Shown here piece by piece: positions 57,991-64,000 of a stretch of 64,000 nt of DNA (position 1 is its first letter; the number at the start of each line of letters is the position of its first letter). The position numbers were made by a program, and so were the translations under genes. Below the pieces are notes generated by a model. The model was not told where the DNA came from and did no database searches. It worked only from the letters and a program-made list of their open reading frames with translations. This DNA comes from Armatimonadota bacterium (lineage in GTDB: Bacteria > Armatimonadota > SYMT01), in NCBI GenBank assembly GCA_046292385.1, contig JBKBRF010000019.1:32001-96000 (forward strand). The letters run 5' to 3'.

Positions 57991-59201
57991 AGCGGCGAAC
58001 TTCCCTCTATGCCGGGCTCGCCTGCCTGGCGCTCGTGCTCGCGGGGGTCGGGGCGTATGCCTGGCAGCTCCCGTCCGTGCAGATGGCGCTGCTGGAGCGC
58101 GCGTCGCTCGAACAACTGGAGCGAAGGGTCGAGGCGGAGCCGGACGACTGGCGCGTCCAGTACTGGTTCGGCAAGCGAGCCGCGGAATCCGGCGATTTCC
58201 TCCGGGCGGAGCCGGCGCTCCGCCGGGTCCTCGGCACCGAGTGGGGCTTCACCCCCGCCGCGACCGAGCTGGGACGAGTGCTGCTGGCGAAGGGCGAGGT
58301 GAACGAGGCGTTCCAGCTCCTCCGCATGGCGGTGGGCCGCGAGGGGCAGCCGGACGCGCGCCTGGCGCTGGGGCAGCTCTACCGTTCCCAGGGCGCCCAT
58401 CACCTCGCCATGGAGCAGCTCAAAGAGGCGCTGAAGGCCCGCCCGAACGATGCGCAAGCGCTTTACGAGCTCGCGGCGGCGCACGCGCAGGTCCAGCAGT
58501 ACGAGCAGGCGGAGGAGAACCTCCGGCGCGCGCTGAGCCTCGCCCCGAAGTCGCCGCTCTTCCTCACCGCGCTGAGCCGCATCCGCCGGGAGCGCGGCGA
58601 CCTGGCCGAAGCCGAGTCTCTCGCGCGGGAAGCCGTCGCCCTGCAGCCGGACGCTCCCGACGCGCTGATGGAGCTCAGCCGCGCCCTGGCGATGAAGCTG
58701 CCGGCGGAAAAGCACCGGCCGGAGGCGATCGCTACCCTGGAGTCCGCCCTGACCCTGGCGCCGCGCCACCCCGGCCTGAGGCTCGAGCTCGCGAAGCTGC
58801 ATGGGGAAGCGGAGAACTGGCCGGCTTCCGTGACGTTACTGGAGCAGGCGATCCAGCTCACCCCGGGCGAAACCCAGGCGTATTATCTGCTCTCGCGCGC
58901 GTACCGGGCCCTGGGCCGGACCGAAGACAGCCAGCGGATGGACGGCGTTTTCAAGCGCCGGCAGGCTTATGACCGGAAGGTCCAGGCCCTGGGAGCGAAG
59001 ATCGGCGCCAATCCGGAGAACGCGAAGCTGCGGTTCGAGCTCGGCGAGCTGCACGCCAGCGAAGGAGAGCTGGACCAGGCGGCCCAGTCGTACCGGAACG
59101 GGCTCCAGTGGGATCCGAAGAACGAGACCGCCCGCCGCCGAATGGTAGAGCTGGTTCGCCAGGCAACCCAGCGGAGAGCCGACCGTGGCACGCCTCGCTA
59201 G
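57987..59201 (+). CDS. Membrane-anchored TPR protein (paralog 5)
   Basis: TM helix plus TPR units; ATGA overlap with the upstream gene and overlap with the downstream gene. Confidence 0.88.
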   Translation: MKRRTSLYAGLACLALVLAGVGAYAWQLPSVQMALLERASLEQLERRVEAEPDDWRVQYWFGKRAAESGDFLRAEPALRRVLGTEWGFTPAATELGRVLLAKGEVNEAFQLLRMAVGREGQPDARLALGQLYRSQGAHHLAMEQLKEALKARPNDAQALYELAAAHAQVQQYEQAEENLRRALSLAPKSPLFLTALSRIRRERGDLAEAESLAREAVALQPDAPDALMELSRALAMKLPAEKHRPEAIATLESALTLAPRHPGLRLELAKLHGEAENWPASVTLLEQAIQLTPGETQAYYLLSRAYRALGRTEDSQRMDGVFKRRQAYDRKVQALGAKIGANPENAKLRFELGELHASEGELDQAAQSYRNGLQWDPKNETARRRMVELVRQATQRRADRGTPR

Positions 59202-60855
59202 CTTCGGCCTCCGGATCGGCCTCGGCGCCCTCCTCGCGAGCGTCACGGCCGCCGGCTGCGTCGCGTCGGCCGCCCGCACTCCACGCCTGGGAGCCGGAGA
59301 GACCCAGCCCGCTGCGGTGGCGACCTTCCGGGACGTCGCCGCCGAGGCCGGGCTCGACTTCCGGCTGGGCCACGAAGGCCGCACGCCGCTCTCCATCCTG
59401 GAGACCGCCCCGGGCGGCGGTGCCTTCCTCGACTGGGACCAGGACGGCCGGCTCGACATCGTGCTGGCGGGAGAGTCAAAGTGCGCGCTCTACCGGAACA
59501 GCGGAGACGGCCGGTTTACGGACGTCACCCGCGCCGCCGGGCTGCCCACCACCGGTCACTGGATGGGAGTGGCGGTGGGGGACTACGACGGCGACACCTA
59601 CCCGGACCTCCTCCTCACCGGCTACCGCACCCTGGCGCTCCTGCGGAATGTCCGGGGAACGCGGTTCCAGGACGTAACGGCGCACGCCGGCCTCAACACC
59701 TCCCTCTGGACCACGAGCGCCGCCTTCTTCGACTACGACCGCGACGGCGATCTCGATCTCTACGTCGGCGCCTACCTCGCCTACCACCGGGGAAAGGACG
59801 ACCTCTGCCAGGTCGGCCCGATTACCGCCGCCTGCGGTCCGGAGCACTACGAGGCGGAGAAGGGGCTGCTCTACCGCAACGAGGGCGGAGGCCGGTTCCG
59901 AGACGTGACCCAGGCTTTCGGACTGGCAGCGGCCACCGGAAAGACCTGGGGCGTGGCGGTCTGCGACTATGACCGGGATGGCTGGCCGGACCTCTATCTC
60001 GCCAACGACATGGTGCCGTGCGATCTCTTCCGCAACGAGAAGGGCCGGTTCCGGAATATTGGCGTGGAATCCGGCACCGCCCTCGATGGGAGCGGCAACG
60101 TGCTCGGCGGGATGGGGGCGGACTGGGGAGATGCCGACGGCGACGGGCGGCCCGACCTCTTCCTGGGAACCTACTTTCAGCAGCCGAACTGCCTGTTCAA
60201 GAACCAGGGAGACCACCTCTTCCGCGAAGTGAGCGACCAGGTGGGGCTGGGGCTGCCGACCCGAGCCTACGTCGCGTTCGGCTGCGGATTCCTGGATCTC
60301 GATCTCGACGGCGACCTGGATCTGTTCGTGACCAACGGTCACGTTCGGGACTCGATCTCCGGATTCGATCCGTCCCAGACCTACCCGCAGCCGATGCAGC
60401 TCCTGGAGAACCTGGGCACCGGCCAGTTCCGAGACGCGACCCGGGGAGCCGGAGAGCCGTTCAAGACGGGACTGGTGGGACGCGGCTGCGCCTTCGGCGA
60501 CTACGACGGCGACGGCGACGAGGACATTCTGGTGGTCGACCTGGAAGGCCCGGTCCGTCTGCTGCAGAACCAGACCCCCGTGGAATCGAAGAACTGGCTG
60601 ACGGTGCGCCTCCGCGGAAAAGGCGGCAACCGCGAGGCGATCGGGGCACGAGTGGAGGTGTACCTGAAGGGCCGCACGCTCCACCGCGAGGTGCAGCGCT
60701 CCCGCGGCGTGCTCTCCTCCAGCGCGCCTGCTCTCCACTTCGGCCTGGGGGAGAGCCAGGAGGTCGAGCGGGTGCGCGCCCACTGGCCGGACGGCACGCG
60801 ATCCGAGGTGATCCGGCCGCCGATTCGCGAGGTCTTGTCCCTGGTGCAGCGGTAG
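59185..60855 (+). CDS. CRTAC1/ASPIC-UnbV family FG-GAP repeat lipoprotein (paralog 5)
   Basis: Lipobox-like AAGC, FG-GAP repeats, NREAIGARV...HFGLG...HWPDG. Confidence 0.92.
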   Translation: MARLASFGLRIGLGALLASVTAAGCVASAARTPRLGAGETQPAAVATFRDVAAEAGLDFRLGHEGRTPLSILETAPGGGAFLDWDQDGRLDIVLAGESKCALYRNSGDGRFTDVTRAAGLPTTGHWMGVAVGDYDGDTYPDLLLTGYRTLALLRNVRGTRFQDVTAHAGLNTSLWTTSAAFFDYDRDGDLDLYVGAYLAYHRGKDDLCQVGPITAACGPEHYEAEKGLLYRNEGGGRFRDVTQAFGLAAATGKTWGVAVCDYDRDGWPDLYLANDMVPCDLFRNEKGRFRNIGVESGTALDGSGNVLGGMGADWGDADGDGRPDLFLGTYFQQPNCLFKNQGDHLFREVSDQVGLGLPTRAYVAFGCGFLDLDLDGDLDLFVTNGHVRDSISGFDPSQTYPQPMQLLENLGTGQFRDATRGAGEPFKTGLVGRGCAFGDYDGDGDEDILVVDLEGPVRLLQNQTPVESKNWLTVRLRGKGGNREAIGARVEVYLKGRTLHREVQRSRGVLSSSAPALHFGLGESQEVERVRAHWPDGTRSEVIRPPIREVLSLVQR

Positions 60856-61166
60856 GCCTTCGCGTAAGCCGGCAACGGCGCTCCGGCGCTAGTCACGCCT
60901 GAAAGCTTCGCAAGCAGCAATTCAGCCCCCACTCGAGATCGGCACGGCAATCCCTTCATTTGAAATATCAAGATCTATCTCCACATGTGCGCAACGCTTT
61001 TGCAACTCGGCTTTTCTAACAGCCGAAGGAAAGGTGAAGGATTTTTCAGGAGGCGCGGGGAATAGGTCGATCAAGAACTCTCTGGTTCGCGTCCGCGGTG
61101 AGGGTTCCGTCATCATCAGTATCCTGGGCGCTCCATCGACGGAGTGTGCCCGAAGGGAGTACCTGA

Positions 61167-61991
61167 ATGCTCGTAACAAAGAAGACGAAGCGCTTTGTCG
61201 GCTTCACCCTGATCGAACTGCTGGTAGTCATTGCCATCATCGCTATCCTGGCCGCGATCCTGTTCCCGGTGTTCGCACAGGCCCGTGAAGCCGCCCGTAA
61301 GGCGAGCTGCCAGAGCAACCTGAAGCAGCTCGGCACGGCGATGCAGATGTATCGCGCAGACTACGACGGTCTGTTCCCGTTCGGTGGCTGGTACGGCAAC
61401 AACGGCGGCAACGCCAACGTGGACCGCAGCAACGACTGGCACCTGTCGACCTACCCGTACATCAAGAACACGGGCGTCTACCTCTGCCCCAGCAGCACCG
61501 ACATCCACCAGCTGCCGAACGGCCCGGCGGACTGGAACCGCACCAGCACCGACTACATCTACAACAACCACCTGGGCCCGAACCGCTCTCCCCTCAATGA
61601 GGCGGCGGTGAACGCCCCGGCGGACTGTGTGATGCTGGTGGAAGGCCACAGCGACTGGGGCCGCGGCCCGTGCATCACGCCGTTCACCAACGGCCAGTTC
61701 GTGACGAACTCGTTCTGCCACGAGTACACCATCTTCGGCGACAACGGCTCCCTCGTGACCGGCGGCCTGTGGGCCACCGACCGCAAGCTCTGGGGTCTGC
61801 CTCGCCACAGCGGCGGTGGTAACGTGGCGTTCGTGGACGGTCACGTGAAGTTCTTCAACAACTGGGATGCCGTCGGCGCGCTGCAGAGCCGGCAGAAGCT
61901 CGAGGGAACGATTCCTTACCGGAAGCACATCGAGCCGAGCCAGAGCCGGATCAACGATCCGAACGTGGTCTGGCGCTCCGAAGGGCTCTAA
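61167..61991 (+). CDS. DUF1559-family prepilin-like protein with H-X9-DG motif
   Basis: [34 protein letters not shown] and [14 protein letters not shown]. Confidence 0.93.
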   Translation: MLVTKKTKRFVGFTLIELLVVIAIIAILAAILFPVFAQAREAARKASCQSNLKQLGTAMQMYRADYDGLFPFGGWYGNNGGNANVDRSNDWHLSTYPYIKNTGVYLCPSSTDIHQLPNGPADWNRTSTDYIYNNHLGPNRSPLNEAAVNAPADCVMLVEGHSDWGRGPCITPFTNGQFVTNSFCHEYTIFGDNGSLVTGGLWATDRKLWGLPRHSGGGNVAFVDGHVKFFNNWDAVGALQSRQKLEGTIPYRKHIEPSQSRINDPNVVWRSEGL

Positions 61992-62011
61992 GTCCGGCCG
62001 GATTACGTAGT

Positions 62012-62052
62012 ATGGGGAGGGACGCGAATGCGTCCCTCCCCATTTTCTTTTT
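62012..62052 (+). terminator. Intrinsic terminator after the DUF1559 gene
   Basis: ATGGGGAGGGACGC-gaat-GCGTCCCTCCCCAT followed by TTTCTTTTT. Confidence 0.85.
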
Positions 62053-62071
62053 GTCCGGTGAGTAGATCGCT

Positions 62072-63373
62072 ATGGCTGATTCTATTGAGACCGTCTCCGA
62101 AGCTGCAGTCAACGAGGCTCGCCGCCCGCCGCGGGGCCGCATCTGGCTCCTCCTCATCCTCGGCGTGGCGATCATCTGCGGCGCCCTCGTCTTCCGATCG
62201 AGCGCGTGGGCCAAGGAATACCCGCTGAAGCGCGCTTCGCTCGAAGTGCTGCGCTCCTGGGCAGAGCGGTCCCCACGCGATCCGCTGGTTCAGTACTACC
62301 TGGGCGTCAAGAGCTACGACAATGGCCTCTATCCGGAGGCCGTGCTGGCATTCCGCGCCGCGACCACGCAGGATCCGAAGATGACGCGGGCTTTCCTGGG
62401 ATTGGCCGGCGCGCACCGCGTCCTGGGTCAGAACCCGGAGGCGTATGCGGCTGCCAAGCAAGCGGCGCTGCTGGAGCCCAAGAACGTCCCGGCGCAGTTT
62501 CTGATCGCGTCCCTGGTGGCCGAGGTCTCACTGCAGGATGCCCGGCCGGAGTACCAGAAGCTGACGCGTCTGGCGCCGGAGCGTGCGGATGCCTGGTACG
62601 GCCTCGGGATGTGCGAAGCGGGCCTGATCCAGCGCGGTGATGCGGTGGCGCCGCTCACGAAGGCGGTGGAGCTGGATCCGAAGAATGCCCTCTATCGCCG
62701 GGATCTCGGCCAGATCCTGATGCGGCTCAGCCGCTTCGAAGAGGCCCGGCCGCACCTGGAGGAAGCGGTTCGGCTCGGGCCTGAAGACGCGTCGAGCTGG
62801 TACTACGCCGGCAAGACCCTCGGGACCCTGGCGAAGACCGATGCGGAGCTGACCACAGCGGACGAGCATCTCCAGCGGGCGATCCAGCTCCTGGAGGCGG
62901 CCGAGGAGCGCAGCCCCGTGGGCGAAGCGGAGATCAAGTCGGTGCGTGCCGAGCTGATGCGCCGCCTGAATCGACTGGCTGACGCGGAGAAGCTGCTCCG
63001 CGAGGCGCGGCTGCAGGATCCCAAGACGGTCAACTACCTCCGCCAGTTGGCGGACGTGGTCCGGGCGCGGGGCAATCAGCAGCTCGCGGTGGAGCTGATG
63101 CGAGAGTACGCGGCGAAGCACGAGCTCGAAGAAGCGGTGGAGCAGATGAAGCAGCGCCTGAAGCAGGACCCGAACAACCCCGGGCAGCGGCTGCGCTTCG
63201 CGCGGCTCCTGGTGCAGGCCGGCGACATCCCCCAGGCGTACACGCAGTACACTATCGTCCACAAGCTGAAGCCGCAGCAGCCGGCGGAGGTGCGCGCGGA
63301 GTTCAAGAAGGTAGAGGAAGACTTCAAGGCGCTTCAGAAGGTCTCCGTCGTCGCCCCGGCCGCCGCGAAGTAG
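62072..63373 (+). CDS. Membrane-anchored TPR protein (paralog 6)
   Basis: TM helix, SAWAKE...SPRDPL..YYLG N-terminal motif shared with 51888..53159, many TPR units. Confidence 0.9.
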   Translation: MADSIETVSEAAVNEARRPPRGRIWLLLILGVAIICGALVFRSSAWAKEYPLKRASLEVLRSWAERSPRDPLVQYYLGVKSYDNGLYPEAVLAFRAATTQDPKMTRAFLGLAGAHRVLGQNPEAYAAAKQAALLEPKNVPAQFLIASLVAEVSLQDARPEYQKLTRLAPERADAWYGLGMCEAGLIQRGDAVAPLTKAVELDPKNALYRRDLGQILMRLSRFEEARPHLEEAVRLGPEDASSWYYAGKTLGTLAKTDAELTTADEHLQRAIQLLEAAEERSPVGEAEIKSVRAELMRRLNRLADAEKLLREARLQDPKTVNYLRQLADVVRARGNQQLAVELMREYAAKHELEEAVEQMKQRLKQDPNNPGQRLRFARLLVQAGDIPQAYTQYTIVHKLKPQQPAEVRAEFKKVEEDFKALQKVSVVAPAAAK

Positions 63374-63402
63374 TCACCCGACGGCAGCCGCGACCTGCGA
63401 TA

Positions 63403-63424
63403 GAATAGAACAACAGTTCTATTC
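63403..63424 (+). promoter_or_regulatory. Candidate LexA (GAAC-N4-GTTC) SOS box overlapping the radA promoter
   Basis: GAATAGAAC-aaca-GTTCTATTC perfect palindrome; TAGAAT -10-like hexamer at 63401-63406; radA ATG at 63427. Confidence 0.7.
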
Positions 63425-63426
63425 CC

Positions 63427-64000
63427 ATGGCCAAGACGCGCGTACAATTCACCTGCCAGAAATGCGGCCACGAGGCGCCGCGCTGGCTGGGCCGCTGCCC
63501 GGACTGCGGGGAGTGGAACAGCTTCCTGGAGGAGACGGTGGTGGAGCGGCCGGCCGCCGCCGCCCGGTTGGCAGTGTCGGGCGGCGCCGCCGCGCCGGTG
63601 CCTATCGCCTCTGTCTCGATGGAATCGTACTCCCGCGTGCCGTCCGGCATCGCGGAGCTCGACCGCGTCCTGGGCGGCGGGGTGGTGCCCGGCTCCCTGG
63701 TGCTGATCGGCGGCGATCCCGGCATTGGCAAGTCGACCCTCCTGATGCAGGCCTCCGGTGAGCTGGGGGCGCAGGCGGGCCGCACGCTCTACGTGACCGG
63801 TGAGGAATCGGCGCAGCAGGTGCGGATGCGAGCAGAGCGGCTGGGGACCCTGGCGCCGGAGCTCTACCTGGTGGCGGAGACCGACATCGAGGTGATCGTC
63901 AACCATGTCCGCAGCTTGAAACCGCGGTTCCTGGTGATCGACTCGATTCAAACGGTCCTGGATCCGAACATCGGCTCCGCGCCCGCCACCGTCAGCCAGG
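63427..64000 (+). CDS. radA: DNA repair protein RadA/Sms (truncated by the window end)
   Basis: C4 zinc finger FTCQKCG...WLGRCPDCGEWNS, ELDRVLGGG, GGDPGIGKSTLL, YVTGEES and VIDSIQT motifs. Confidence 0.96.
   Translation, partial: MAKTRVQFTCQKCGHEAPRWLGRCPDCGEWNSFLEETVVERPAAAARLAVSGGAAAPVPIASVSMESYSRVPSGIAELDRVLGGGVVPGSLVLIGGDPGIGKSTLLMQASGELGAQAGRTLYVTGEESAQQVRMRAERLGTLAPELYLVAETDIEVIVNHVRSLKPRFLVIDSIQTVLDPNIGSAPATVSQ

Noticed and set aside
42396..63373. Enediyne biosynthetic cluster, because UnbV was named from such clusters
   Set aside because: No PKS, thioesterase or other enediyne core gene is in the window, and ASPIC/UnbV domains are widespread outside those clusters.
42207..63427. Prophage or integrative element
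   Set aside because: No integrase, transposase, phage gene, tRNA target or evident att repeats.

Overview
High-GC bacterial chromosomal window. The three prepilin-like '[32 protein letters not shown]' proteins with C-terminal H-X9-DG motifs suggest Armatimonadota or a similar lineage; this is an inference. From left to right it holds: (i) 0-24.6 kb, a mixed region with a GNAT, a DUF1559 prepilin-like gene, a cNMP-domain/methyltransferase fusion, mgtE behind a long structured leader, a membrane class III cyclase, gluconokinase, dienelactone hydrolase, a hybrid histidine kinase, an MFS transporter, amtB-glnK, an S8 protease, a MoeA fusion, a SIS sugar isomerase and an M20 peptidase; (ii) 24.7-38.5 kb, a surface-glycan locus with four paralogous DUF4915-like beta-propellers, a PAPS sulfotransferase, three GT2 and two GT4 glycosyltransferases, rfaE2 and kdsB-kdsA-kdsD; (iii) ilvE and clpC; (iv) a ~21 kb block between clpC and radA. 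Block (iv) is built almost entirely from one repeated kit: five CRTAC1/ASPIC-UnbV (FG-GAP) exported proteins, six membrane-anchored TPR proteins, two closely related DUF1559 prepilin-like proteins plus one pilin-like relative, two tiny Gly/Pro-rich lipoproteins that both end in GANGG[R/Q], and a 7-CxxCH multiheme cytochrome. It is the best candidate for an undescribed system. Several intergenic regions carry inverted arrays of short 7-9 nt repeats. Candidate LexA-type (radA) and GlnR-type (amtB) operators are visible. I found no rRNA, tRNA, CRISPR array, transposase or integrase. All family assignments come from motif recognition by eye, not from database searches.
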